Shown here: positions 50,222-59,914 of the stretch, one piece after another
How positions within the stretch are numbered: position 1 is the first letter of the stretch
Layout: each line of letters opens with the position of its first letter
Source: Planctomycetota bacterium
GTDB taxonomy: Bacteria > Planctomycetota > UBA1135 > UBA2386
Length of the DNA stretch: 64,000 nt
Direction: 5' to 3'
Assembly (NCBI GenBank): GCA_046290465.1
Contig: JBKAGP010000001.1
Coordinates: 3,424,001 to 3,488,000, forward strand
Made by a program: the position numbers and the translations under genes
The notes under the pieces: generated by a model
Told to the model about the DNA's origin: nothing
Databases searched by the model: none
What the model saw: the letters and a program-made list of their open reading frames with translations, nothing else

Positions 50222-51838
50222 ATGAGACTTTCCGCCACCATTCTGTCCGCAGCCCTTGCCCTCGCGCCGCTCGCGGCCCAGGACGCGACCGTCACCGTGC
50301 TTCACGGCGTTCCCGGCCTCAACGGCCCGGTCGACGTGTTCGCCAACGGCAACCAGCTGTTCAGCTTCGACTACGGCGACCAGCAGGGTCCGCTCGAGCT
50401 GGCTCCGGGCGCCTACGCGCTCGAAGTCCGCCAGAACGGCTCGACGCTGCTGAGCCTGAACGCGACGCTCGCCGCCGACACCGACTACTCGGTGATCGCC
50501 AACCTCGACGAGAACGGCAACCCGCAGCTCGGCGCGTTCGTCAACGCGCTCGACAACCTGACGCTGCCGACCTCGCGCCTCTACGTGCGGCACACCGCCC
50601 AGGCCCCCGCGGTCGACGTCGTGCTCGAACAGAACGGCACCACGTTCGCGACCATCAGCAACGTCAGCAACGGCGGCGACGCGACCGCCGACGTCCCGCC
50701 CGGCACCTACTCGGTGCGCCTGAACGTCGCCGGCACCAGCAACACCGCCTTCGGGCCGGTCGAAGTGCGCGTCGAGGACGGCATCGGCTACGGCGTGTTC
50801 GCGGTCGGCCAGGTCGGCACCAACAACTTCCAGCTGCTGCAGCAGCGCGTGCCGCTGACCGCGCTGGTCACGGTCGCGCACGGCATCCCGGCGCTCGGTG
50901 CCCCGGTGACCGTCGAGGCCAACGGCAGCGCGCTGTTCACGTTCGACTACCGTGAGGTCGTCGGTCCGCTGGTCGTGCTGCCGGGCACCTACACGTTCGA
51001 CGCGGTCGTCAACGGCAACTCGGTGCTCAACCGCACCGACACGGTCGGTCGCGGCGACGACGTGACCATCGTCGCGCACCTCGACGGCAGCGCCGCGCCG
51101 CAGCTGTCGGCGTTCGCCAACGACACCACGATGATCCAGAGCGGCAACGCCCGCGTCACCGTGCGCCACCTCGCTGCCGCACCGGCGGTCGACGTGGTCG
51201 TCGACGACGTCGCTGGCCCGCTGGCGACGATCCCGGGCCTCAGCAACGGCAACGAGGCGGTCGCGCAGCTGCCGCTCGGCAACCTGCAGGTGAGCCTCGC
51301 CGCCGGTGGCAACACCGTCTTCGGCCCGGTCAACTTCCGCCCGGTCGACCACGTCGCCTACCAGTTCCTGGCGCTCGGCGACTTCAACGGCGGCACGTTC
51401 ACCGTCGAACTGGTGCAGCGCGACCTGGCCCCGGCGGTCCCGGCGCAGATCACCACGCAGATCGGCGGCTGGAGCTGTGGCCCGGCGATCTCGGCCTCGC
51501 CGAGCACGTTCGACTACGGCCAGCCGTGGAGCCTGATCGCGACCGGCGCACAGCCGAACGCGATGGCGATCGTCAACTTCGGCGACAGCATCTCGTCGCT
51601 CGGCGCGCTGTCGCTGCCGCTGCAGCTCGACGCGATCGGCGCCCCGGGCTGCTTCCTCAACACCAACCTGGTCGCGTCGATCGCGACCATGACGGACGCC
51701 TCCGGCACCGTCGAGGTCGGCTACACGATCCCGGGCTCGCTGTTCGGCCAACTGCAGCCGAGCTACTTCCAGGTCGGCACGATGACGAGCGGCAACGCGC
51801 TCGGCTTCGCCACCAGCGAATACCTCGAGATCCGCTAG
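50222..51838 (+). CDS. Secreted protein with repeated DUF4397-like domains and a distinct C-terminal beta domain
   Basis: Signal peptide; repeated VLHGVPG/VRHTAQAPAVDV/VAHGIPA/VRHLAAAPAVDV. Confidence 0.82.
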   Translation: MRLSATILSAALALAPLAAQDATVTVLHGVPGLNGPVDVFANGNQLFSFDYGDQQGPLELAPGAYALEVRQNGSTLLSLNATLAADTDYSVIANLDENGNPQLGAFVNALDNLTLPTSRLYVRHTAQAPAVDVVLEQNGTTFATISNVSNGGDATADVPPGTYSVRLNVAGTSNTAFGPVEVRVEDGIGYGVFAVGQVGTNNFQLLQQRVPLTALVTVAHGIPALGAPVTVEANGSALFTFDYREVVGPLVVLPGTYTFDAVVNGNSVLNRTDTVGRGDDVTIVAHLDGSAAPQLSAFANDTTMIQSGNARVTVRHLAAAPAVDVVVDDVAGPLATIPGLSNGNEAVAQLPLGNLQVSLAAGGNTVFGPVNFRPVDHVAYQFLALGDFNGGTFTVELVQRDLAPAVPAQITTQIGGWSCGPAISASPSTFDYGQPWSLIATGAQPNAMAIVNFGDSISSLGALSLPLQLDAIGAPGCFLNTNLVASIATMTDASGTVEVGYTIPGSLFGQLQPSYFQVGTMTSGNALGFATSEYLEIR

Positions 51839-51921
51839 TGGGCAAAGCCCCGTCCGCACGCGTACGCGCCGCTTCCGTGATCACGGTCGGCAGCGCGTCC
51901 ACTACATGGACGCGCTCCTAG
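51835..51921 (-). repeat. 87-bp repeat family B bounded by CTAG at both ends, second copy
   Basis: Reverse complement of 27593-27679 with a few substitutions. Confidence 0.88.
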
Positions 51922-52004
51922 CCGGACGAGCGGGGCGGCGGCCTCATGCGGGTCCGACGAACGGACCCGCGGGGCCTCCGTCCCCGCTCCGAACCCGGCA
52001 AGGG

Positions 52005-53375
52005 TCAGGCCGGCGGATGCGCGACCACCGCCTTGATGCAGGCGCGCGAGCGCGCGACCTCGAACGCCCGGTCGAGGCCCGCCGCGTCGAAGCGGTGCGT
52101 CACCAGCCGTTCGCCGAGGCCCTGCAGCGCCGGCTTCTGCAGCAGCTCCAGCGCCAGCCGGAAGTCACCGCAGCGCGAACTCGACAGCCGCAGGCCGCGC
52201 GTCGCGACGGCCGCGAGCAGCGGCGAACCCGCCGTCGCGGCATCCGGGTGCAGCCAGATCTGCCCGCGCGGCCGGACCAGCGGACGTTCGCTGCCGGTCC
52301 GCGGACGCACCGCGCGCGCGAAGCTCTCGGCCGAGTCGACCACGGCCGCGTCGGCGTGCGGCAGCCCGTCGGCTGCGGCGTAGCCACGCGCGAGCTCGGC
52401 GGCGGGGCCCCGGCGGAGTTCGGCCCGGTCGACGAAGTCCGCGTCGGGTCCGGCCGCCGCCAGCCACGCGACGCGCGCGTCGCCCGCCGAAGCCGGCATC
52501 GGCGCCAGCGTCAACTCGTCGACGACCAGTTCGGTCAGGTGCGACACGCCGGCCGCCGGCTGGCCGTGCGTCGACTTGAGGTGCACCTCGCGGCGCGCCA
52601 GGCGCAGCGCGCGCTCGAGGCCCGCCGGACTGCCGGTGGTGTCGACGACGACGTCGAACGCCTCGTGCAGCGCGGCATCGTCGTCACCGACCACGTGGGC
52701 CTCGTCGGCCCCGAACCGCCGCGACAGCTCGGCGAGCTGCGGATCGCGCACCACGGCCGCGACCGTGTAGCCGGTGTTGGTCGCGTGCAGGCCGGCGACG
52801 ACCAGCATGCCGAGCCGGCGCGGGCCGAGCACCGCGATGCGTTCGCCGGGCTTCGGCCCGACCGTCGTGACCGCGTGCAGCGCCGCCGCCAACGGTTCGA
52901 CCAGCACCGCGTCGTCGTCGGCGACCGCGTCCGGGATCGGCAGGCACGCGGCGACCGGCGCCAGGATCCACGGCCCGAAACCGCCTGGCAGCGCGTCGAT
53001 GCCGAGCGTGACGCGCTCGGGACAGTGGGTCTCGAGCCCGGCCGCGCAGAACGCGCAGTCGCTGGCGACGCCGCGCGCGGCGTGCGAGGCGTTGATCTCG
53101 ACGACGTAGCGGCGGCCGTCGTCGTCGACCGCGACGACCTCGTGGCCGATCACCTGCGGCAGCTCGAACGGCAGGAAGTGCCGCGCCAGGTCGGTGGAGC
53201 AGACGCCGCACTGCCGCACGCGCAGCGCGCGGTAGCCCGGCCCGAGCTCGAGCACCTGCCGGCCGTCCCGCTCGACGCGCCAGCCGCGCTCGCACGAGCC
53301 CTCGAGGCGGTAGCGGGCCCGGACGAACGACTGGTCGGCGTGGTAGTCGTAGGCGTCGAACCCGATCGTCGTCAT
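52005..53375 (-). CDS. Zinc-binding medium-chain dehydrogenase (MDR)
   Basis: CGVCSTD, IGHE, CAFC...HC, VEPLAAA, DTTGS, LKSTHG; ATGA overlap with the kinase. Confidence 0.85.
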   Translation of the reverse strand: MTTIGFDAYDYHADQSFVRARYRLEGSCERGWRVERDGRQVLELGPGYRALRVRQCGVCSTDLARHFLPFELPQVIGHEVVAVDDDGRRYVVEINASHAARGVASDCAFCAAGLETHCPERVTLGIDALPGGFGPWILAPVAACLPIPDAVADDDAVLVEPLAAALHAVTTVGPKPGERIAVLGPRRLGMLVVAGLHATNTGYTVAAVVRDPQLAELSRRFGADEAHVVGDDDAALHEAFDVVVDTTGSPAGLERALRLARREVHLKSTHGQPAAGVSHLTELVVDELTLAPMPASAGDARVAWLAAAGPDADFVDRAELRRGPAAELARGYAAADGLPHADAAVVDSAESFARAVRPRTGSERPLVRPRGQIWLHPDAATAGSPLLAAVATRGLRLSSSRCGDFRLALELLQKPALQGLGERLVTHRFDAAGLDRAFEVARSRACIKAVVAHPPA

Positions 53376-54568
53376 GCCTCGATCTCGCCCGGCCCGTCGC
53401 CGATGCGCAGCAGGTCGAACCCCGGCTCGACGCCGAAGCGGGCACCGAACACCTCGCTGACGTGCGCGGCGACCCGTCCGCGGTGGCCCGGCTCGATCAG
53501 GGCGATCGCGCAGCCACCGAAGCCCGCGCCGGTCAGCCGCGCGCCGAACACCCCGTCGCAGGCGCGCGCGGCGTCGGTGATGACGTCGAGCTCGTCGCAA
53601 CTGACGTCGTAGTCGGTCGCGGTCGAACGGTGGCTCGCGTCGAGCTGCGCGCCGAGGCCGGCGTAGTCGTGGTCGCGCAGCGCCTCGGCGCCGGCCGCGA
53701 TGCGGCCCATCTCGGTCGCCACGTGGCGGGCGCGCCGGTAGAGCACCGGGTCCATGCGATCGCGCACCGACTCCAGATCCTCGACCGAGTACGACGCCAG
53801 GTGCCGCTCGTCGCGCACGTGTTCGCTGAGGAAGGCGCGCGCCGCGGCGCACTGTTCGACCCGTTCGTTGAAGCCGCTGGCGGCGAGCTTGCGCGGCTTG
53901 CGGGTGTCCATCACGAGCACCTCGCAGGCCTCCGGATCGAACGGCACGTGCTCCCAGCGCGGCCCCTGGCAGCGCATCCACAGCACCTTGCCGGGCTGAC
54001 CGAGCGCCGACGCGTACTGGTCCATGATGCCGCAGCGCACGCCGACGAAGTCGTTTTCCGCGCGGTGCGCCATGCTGGCCATCGCCTCGCGGTCGAGGCC
54101 GGTGCCAGCCAGCGCGTCGAGCGCCAGGGCGGTGACGACCTCGATGGCCGCCGACGACGACAGCCCCGACGCGATCGGCACGTCGCCGGCGAACACCGCG
54201 TCGAAGCCCGCCTGCACGCCGTGGTCGCGCTGGAAGCTGCGCCAGACCCCGAGCGGGTAGCCGCCCCATCCCCAGCGCTTGTCGGCGACGTCGCCGACCT
54301 CGTCGACCCCGACGTCGACGGCCAGCTCCTGGTCGATGCTGCGCAGGCGGATGCGGCCGTCGTCGTTGCGGCGCACGCCGACGTAGATGCCGCGATCGAC
54401 CGCCATCGGCATGACGTCCCCACCGCTGTAGTCGAGGTGCGCTCCGACCAGGTTGATGCGACCGGGCGCGAAGAAGTAGCGCAGCGCCCCCGCGCCGAAG
54501 TCGGCCCGCGACCGCGACTCGATAGCGTCGAGCAATCGGGAGCGGGGTTCTGCAGTCACGCTGATCAT
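53372..54568 (-). CDS. galK: Galactokinase-family GHMP sugar kinase with atypical GAHLDY motif
   Basis: APGRINLVGAHLDY, VPIASGLSSSA, CGIMDQ, GARLTGAGFGG. Confidence 0.85.
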   Translation of the reverse strand: MISVTAEPRSRLLDAIESRSRADFGAGALRYFFAPGRINLVGAHLDYSGGDVMPMAVDRGIYVGVRRNDDGRIRLRSIDQELAVDVGVDEVGDVADKRWGWGGYPLGVWRSFQRDHGVQAGFDAVFAGDVPIASGLSSSAAIEVVTALALDALAGTGLDREAMASMAHRAENDFVGVRCGIMDQYASALGQPGKVLWMRCQGPRWEHVPFDPEACEVLVMDTRKPRKLAASGFNERVEQCAAARAFLSEHVRDERHLASYSVEDLESVRDRMDPVLYRRARHVATEMGRIAAGAEALRDHDYAGLGAQLDASHRSTATDYDVSCDELDVITDAARACDGVFGARLTGAGFGGCAIALIEPGHRGRVAAHVSEVFGARFGVEPGFDLLRIGDGPGEIEA

Positions 54569-54656
54569 CGAACTGTCCGTCTGGTCCTGGTGCAAGCTGC
54601 GAAGGTGACGGCACGACATCGGCGTTCGCCGTGGGCCGGTTAAGGTTCGGGGATCC

Positions 54657-55391
54657 GTGGAGGCCCCCTCGACACCACCCCCGAACGCCTGCCCCGATTG
54701 CGGCGCGGCGATGCCACCGGCGACGTTCTGTTCGGCGTGCGGCCAACGTCTCGATGTGCGACCCCTGCGCATCGGCGAGATCGCCAGCAGCGCGATCCAG
54801 GGCATGCTGTCGTTCGACGCGCCGGCGTTGCGGACGCTGCGGGACCTGGCACGCGGCCCGGGCAAGGTCGCACGCGCGTGGATCGACGGCCGCCGGACGT
54901 CGTACCTGCATCCACTGCGGTTCCTGTTCGTCGTCGGCGTGGTGACGCTGCTGACGTTCGAGCCGATCCAGCAGCTGCGGCAGAACCGCTTGCCGTCCGG
55001 CCAGGCGCTCTACGTGGTCGGGTTCGACAGCAGGCCGACGTTCGGGCTGCTGGCGATCCTCGTATCGCTGCCGGTGGCGTGCACCATCGCGCTGCTCGGC
55101 CGGCCGCTCGGGCTGCGACGCTCGTGGCTCGAGTGGTACGTGCTGTGCGCCTACGCGTGCGGCGCCGGCGCGCTGCTGCAGCTCGGCGTCAAGGTGGTCG
55201 GACTGGCGCTGCCGACCGGCTGGGGCGGCTGGCTGGCGCTGGCCGAGTTCGCGCTGCCGCTGCTGCTGCTCGCCTGGGGCGCGCGCGATCTGGTCGACGC
55301 CGGTCGCCGCGGCCGGGCCGTGCTGGTCGCTGCCCTGGCCCCGCTGCTGCTGATCGCGCTGATCGCGGCCGTGGCGGCGCTGTCCCACTGA
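54657..55391 (+). CDS. DUF3667-type membrane protein with N-terminal zinc ribbon
   Basis: CPDCG...FCSACGQ, PGKVARAWIDGRRTSYLHPLRF, TM helices. Confidence 0.78.
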   Translation: MEAPSTPPPNACPDCGAAMPPATFCSACGQRLDVRPLRIGEIASSAIQGMLSFDAPALRTLRDLARGPGKVARAWIDGRRTSYLHPLRFLFVVGVVTLLTFEPIQQLRQNRLPSGQALYVVGFDSRPTFGLLAILVSLPVACTIALLGRPLGLRRSWLEWYVLCAYACGAGALLQLGVKVVGLALPTGWGGWLALAEFALPLLLLAWGARDLVDAGRRGRAVLVAALAPLLLIALIAAVAALSH

Positions 55392-55476
55392 GAGACACCC
55401 CGCTCAAACCGGGAGCGATTTGTTGCCGAACGCAATGAGGCGTGACGCCTCCCGTCCCGCACACTATTCCCCGACG

Positions 55477-56556
55477 ATGCACACGCCCATCCGCATGTTC
55501 TCCGCCACTTCGCTGGCCCTCGCCATGGCGCTGTCGGCGCCGTGCCAGGACCAGAAGCCGGCCAGCCTGCAGGCCGAGGGGCCGCAGTTCGTGGCCGTCC
55601 GCTACCCGCGGGACCAGGACAAGGCGGTCGCGGTCGTCGGCAGCAAGACCCTGACGCTGCGCGACCTGGTTCGCCACATCGACGAGCGGCACTACCCGGG
55701 CTTCGAGCAGCTGCTGCGCAAGCAGCCGTCGTTCCAGCGCTTCCTGCAGTCGGACCTGATGGCGCCGTGGGTGCGGCAGTTCGCGGACATCGAGGCGATC
55801 CGGCAGCACCTCGGCGACCGCTACATCGACCCGGTCCTGCTCGAGAAGGCGCAGAGCGCGTCGCTCAAGACCAGCTTCGAGGCCTACCTCGGCAAGGTCG
55901 TCGAGCACCGCCGGCTGACCGGCCGTTCGGGTGAGCTGTCGCAGCGGCACGTCAACCGGCTGCTGGCGGACTTCCAGCTCAAGCGCGGCCTGAGCGCCGA
56001 GCTGCAGGGCATGCTCGACTTCCTCGAGAAGGACGACTACACCCGCAAGGAGCTGCGCGACTTCTTCAACGACAACGCGCGCTTCTTCGGCGGCCAGGTG
56101 ACCGTGCAGCACATCCTGGTGCAGCACCGACACGGCGGCACCGGCCTGCTGCTCAACGACGAAGGCCTGGCGCGCGCCAACGCCCGCGTCGCCGAGATCA
56201 AGGCGCGCCTGCGGCCGGACGGCTCCAACTTCAGCGAACTGGTGCGGCTGTTCTCGGACGACACCAAGACGCGCGACAACGACGGCAGGCTGCCGGGCAT
56301 CCACCGCTTCGACGACCGGCTGCCGGCGTCGCTGTGCCGCGCCGCGTGGGCGCTGCGCGACGGCCAGGTCACGTCGGACGTGATCGAGACGCAGTACGGC
56401 TGGCACTTCGTGCGCCGCCTCGAGTTCGCGCAGCAGATCTTCATCCTGTTCACCGACGACGCGATCCCGTCGATCCGTCAGGTGATGCGTCGGGCGATGC
56501 AGGAGAAGCTGCTCTACGCCGCGCGCCGCAAGGCCAAGATCCGCCTGCTGCTGTGA
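55477..56556 (+). CDS. PpiC/parvulin-type peptidylprolyl isomerase, exported
   Basis: VQHILV, FSELVRLFSDD, DGRL, VIETQYGWH. Confidence 0.85.
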   Translation: MHTPIRMFSATSLALAMALSAPCQDQKPASLQAEGPQFVAVRYPRDQDKAVAVVGSKTLTLRDLVRHIDERHYPGFEQLLRKQPSFQRFLQSDLMAPWVRQFADIEAIRQHLGDRYIDPVLLEKAQSASLKTSFEAYLGKVVEHRRLTGRSGELSQRHVNRLLADFQLKRGLSAELQGMLDFLEKDDYTRKELRDFFNDNARFFGGQVTVQHILVQHRHGGTGLLLNDEGLARANARVAEIKARLRPDGSNFSELVRLFSDDTKTRDNDGRLPGIHRFDDRLPASLCRAAWALRDGQVTSDVIETQYGWHFVRRLEFAQQIFILFTDDAIPSIRQVMRRAMQEKLLYAARRKAKIRLLL

Positions 56557-56590
56557 TCGCCGCGCCGCTGCGCCGGAGCAGACGTCCGGG

Positions 56591-56872
56591 TCAGCTGGCG
56601 GCGCTCTGCCACGACCACCAGACGACCGCCCAGAACGGGTTGAGGATCGTCCACAGGGTCGCGTAGCGACGGAACGGCTGCTTGACGGTCTTGTGCCGGA
56701 ACCAGGCCATCGCCAGCCACGCGCCGGGCCAGCCGGTCGCGAACAGCATCCACAGCAGGGTGCGCTCGGAGACCCGCCGCCCCTGCTTGGACGCGCGCCA
56801 CTTGTCCCAGCCGTAGATGGCCAGCGTCAGCACGTTCCACAGCAGCACCAGGCCCCAGACGAGTTCGAGCAT
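56591..56872 (-). CDS. DUF1294 membrane protein
   Basis: YGWDKWRA...RRVSERTL...GWPGA...FRHKTVKQPF. Confidence 0.9.
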   Translation of the reverse strand: MLELVWGLVLLWNVLTLAIYGWDKWRASKQGRRVSERTLLWMLFATGWPGAWLAMAWFRHKTVKQPFRRYATLWTILNPFWAVVWWSWQSAAS

Positions 56873-56908
56873 GGAGGGATCTTAGCGACCGGGTAGTCTC
56901 GCGCCGAC

Positions 56909-58117
56909 ATGTCGGTGAAGCCCGAGGACATCGAAGCCGCGCACGCCGCGATCCTGCCCCACGTGCTGCGCACCCCGACGGTGCCGGCGCCACGGCTCGG
57001 CGAACCGCTGGACGTGCGGCTCTGGCTCAAGCTCGAGAACCTGCAGTACACCGGCTCGTTCAAGGACCGCGGCAGCTGCTACAAGCTGGAGCAGCTGGCG
57101 GCTGCGGAGCCGCGGCCGTCCGGCGTGATCGCCGCATCCGCCGGCAACCACGCCCAGGGCGTCGCCCACCACGCCAACCGCCTCGGCATTCCGGCGACGA
57201 TCGTGATGCCGCTGACCACGCCGTTCGCAAAGGTCGAGCGCACCGAGGGGCACGGCGCGCGCGTCGTGCTGCACGGCGAGTCGCTCGCCGAGAGCTACGA
57301 GCACGCGCTCGAGATCGCCGACGCCGAAGGCCTGGTGTTCGTGCACCCGTACGACGACCCGCTGATCGTCGCGGGGCAGGGCACGGTCGCGCGCGAAATG
57401 CTCGAGGACGTGCCCGATCTCGACGTGCTGGTGGTGCCGATCGGCGGCGGCGGACTGTCGGCCGGGATGGCGCTGTGGGCCAAACACGTCAAGCCGGACA
57501 TCCAGGTGTTCGGCGTGCAGACCGAGGGCTGCCCGTCGATGCACGCCGCGCTCGCCGGCGAGCCGATGCCCAAGCCCAACACCCACACGCTCGCCGACGG
57601 CATCGCGGTCAAGACGCCGGGCAAGCTGCCGCTCGAGATCCTGCGTCGGCACCTCGACGAGGTGCTGCTGGTCGGCGAGAGCGACGTCGAGAACGCCGTG
57701 CAGATCCTGGCCGCGCAGCAGAAGGTCGTCGCCGAGGGCGCCGGCGCGACCGGCTACGCGGCGCTGCTGCGGCACCCGCAGCGGTTCCAGAACCGCACCG
57801 TCGGGGTCGTCATCTGCGGCGGCAACATCGACCGTCGCATGCTGTCGACGGTGCTGCTGCGCGGCCTCAAGCGCGACGGCAAAATCGCCAAGCTGCGCAT
57901 CCCGATCCACGACGTGCCCGGCGTGCTGTCGCGCGTCACGCAGCTGATCGGCGCATCGGGCGCCGACGTCGTCGACATCGAGCACCACCGGCTGTTCAAC
58001 CAGCTCGCGCCGCGCGAGGCCGAGCTGCAGGTGGTGATGGAGACCAAGGGCGAAGCGCACGTGCAGACGATCCTCCAACGGCTGGAGGCGGCCGGCTTCC
58101 GCGCGGAGACGATGTGA
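56909..58117 (+). CDS. ilvA: Threonine ammonia-lyase with C-terminal ACT domain
   Basis: KLENLQYTGSFKDRG, SAGNHAQG, PIGGGGL, GGNID, DVPGVL. Confidence 0.93.
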   Translation: MSVKPEDIEAAHAAILPHVLRTPTVPAPRLGEPLDVRLWLKLENLQYTGSFKDRGSCYKLEQLAAAEPRPSGVIAASAGNHAQGVAHHANRLGIPATIVMPLTTPFAKVERTEGHGARVVLHGESLAESYEHALEIADAEGLVFVHPYDDPLIVAGQGTVAREMLEDVPDLDVLVVPIGGGGLSAGMALWAKHVKPDIQVFGVQTEGCPSMHAALAGEPMPKPNTHTLADGIAVKTPGKLPLEILRRHLDEVLLVGESDVENAVQILAAQQKVVAEGAGATGYAALLRHPQRFQNRTVGVVICGGNIDRRMLSTVLLRGLKRDGKIAKLRIPIHDVPGVLSRVTQLIGASGADVVDIEHHRLFNQLAPREAELQVVMETKGEAHVQTILQRLEAAGFRAETM

Positions 58118-59910
58118 CCGCGGCGGGCGGCGACCAGGCCTTCGAGGCGGCACGCCGCCACCAGCTCTCGCTGCCGCCCGAGCTGCGCAAGCGGCACGGC
58201 GTCTGGTTCACGCCCCCGGCGCTGGCGCTGCCGACGGCGCAACGCGCGCTCGCGCCGCTCGACGACGGCCGCCCGCTGCGCGTCTGCGATCCGGCCGTCG
58301 GCGGCGGCTCGTTCCTGCTGGCAGCGCGCGCGGCGCTGCAGCGATCGAGCACCGAGCTGGTCGGCGTCGACGTCGATGCGCAGGCGGTCGCGATCGCCAG
58401 CCGGGCGCTCGGCGACGCCGACGTGCGGGTCGGCGACGGCCTGCTCGACCTCGACGACGGCAGCTTCGACGCGGTGCTGACCAACCCGCCGTGGGAGACC
58501 CTGCAGGACGGCCCGGACGCCGGCGCGCGCGTGGCGCAGCTACGCCCGCGGTTCGCGCACCAGGGTCGCGGCAAGCTGTTCACCTACCGGCTGTTCGTCG
58601 AACGCGCCGTGCGGCTGCTGCGTCCCGGCGGCCGACTCGGGATCGTCGTGCCGGCGAGCCTGTGGTTCGACCGCGACGCCGCGCCGCTGCGCCAGCTGCT
58701 GCTAGAACAGTGCGCGTGGGAGTGGCTGTTCGGCTTCGAGAACCGCGCGCGCATCTTCGACATCGACAGCCGCTACCGCTTCGGCGTCGTGATCGCGACC
58801 AAGGGTGCGGCGACGCGGCGGGTGCGCACGGCGTTCGGCCGGACGCGGCTGGAGGAATGGCAACGACCACGACCGGAGCACACCAGCTACGCGCGCGACG
58901 AACTGGCGCGGTTCAGTCCGCACGCCGGCACGTTCGTCGAGGTCGACGCACGCCGCGACCTCGAGATCCTCGCGCGCATGCACGCCGCCGGCCGGCCGCT
59001 GCTCGGCGACGGCGGCGCGTTCTGCTGGCGGCAGGGCGACTTCAACATGACCGCCGACCGCGACCGCTTCGTGCTGCGCGACGACGCCGAGGCGCTCGGC
59101 TACCGCGGCGAACGCGACGGCGTCTGGCGCGCCGACGGCAGGCCCGACCTGCTGCCGCTGCGACAGGGCGCGATGCTCTACGACCTCGACGGCAACGCCG
59201 GCGCCCACGATCGCGGGGTCGGCCACAAGACGCGCTGGCGCCGACCCGCACACCCCGACGAGCTGCGTCCGCTCTACCTGGTCGACGCGGCCACGTGGCG
59301 CAGCGGATCGGACCGGCGACCACCGGCGCGCATCGGGCTGCGCGCCCTCTCCAACGCGACCAACGAACGGACCGCGATCGCGTGCCTGCTGCCCGACGTG
59401 CCGTGCGGCAACTCGATCGGCGTGATGCGCCCGGCAGCCGACGGCGACGCGCCGGTGCGCGAGCTGGCCGCCGGCTCTGCGATGCTGGCGTCGCTGCCGT
59501 TCGACTGGGCGCTGCGCATGCGGCTCGGCGGCACCAACCTCAACCGCTTCGTGCTGACCGACTGCGTGCTGCCGCAGCTGCGCGACGACGTCCGGGACGA
59601 ACTGGCGCGGCTGGCGCTGCGGCTCTGTGCGACGGCCAGCTGGACGGCGCCGCTGTGGCGCGAGGCCACGCGCGAGGGCTGGTGCGCGCGCCGCGACCCG
59701 GCCGACGACGCGAAGCTGCGCCGCGAGCTGCAGACCCGCATCGACGTGCTGGTCGGCGCGGCCTACGGGCTGCGCGACGACGACATCGCCTGGATCACGC
59801 GCGGCCAGCCGTTCGCCAAGGGCTTCTGGCGGGTCGAGCGCGAACTCGACCAGCAGCAGCGGCGGCCGCAGCGGTGGCGTGCCGCCGCCGCCAGCCACGC
59901 GGCCACCTGA
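58114..59910 (+). CDS. N6-adenine DNA methyltransferase (Eco57I/type IIG-like MTase plus specificity region, no evident nuclease)
   Basis: GVWFTP, DPAVGGGSFL (motif I), LTNPPW (motif IV), FGFENR..IFDIDSR, ATNERT; GTGA overlap with ilvA. Confidence 0.85.
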   Translation: MTAAGGDQAFEAARRHQLSLPPELRKRHGVWFTPPALALPTAQRALAPLDDGRPLRVCDPAVGGGSFLLAARAALQRSSTELVGVDVDAQAVAIASRALGDADVRVGDGLLDLDDGSFDAVLTNPPWETLQDGPDAGARVAQLRPRFAHQGRGKLFTYRLFVERAVRLLRPGGRLGIVVPASLWFDRDAAPLRQLLLEQCAWEWLFGFENRARIFDIDSRYRFGVVIATKGAATRRVRTAFGRTRLEEWQRPRPEHTSYARDELARFSPHAGTFVEVDARRDLEILARMHAAGRPLLGDGGAFCWRQGDFNMTADRDRFVLRDDAEALGYRGERDGVWRADGRPDLLPLRQGAMLYDLDGNAGAHDRGVGHKTRWRRPAHPDELRPLYLVDAATWRSGSDRRPPARIGLRALSNATNERTAIACLLPDVPCGNSIGVMRPAADGDAPVRELAAGSAMLASLPFDWALRMRLGGTNLNRFVLTDCVLPQLRDDVRDELARLALRLCATASWTAPLWREATREGWCARRDPADDAKLRRELQTRIDVLVGAAYGLRDDDIAWITRGQPFAKGFWRVERELDQQQRRPQRWRAAAASHAAT

Positions 59911-59914
59911 GCGC

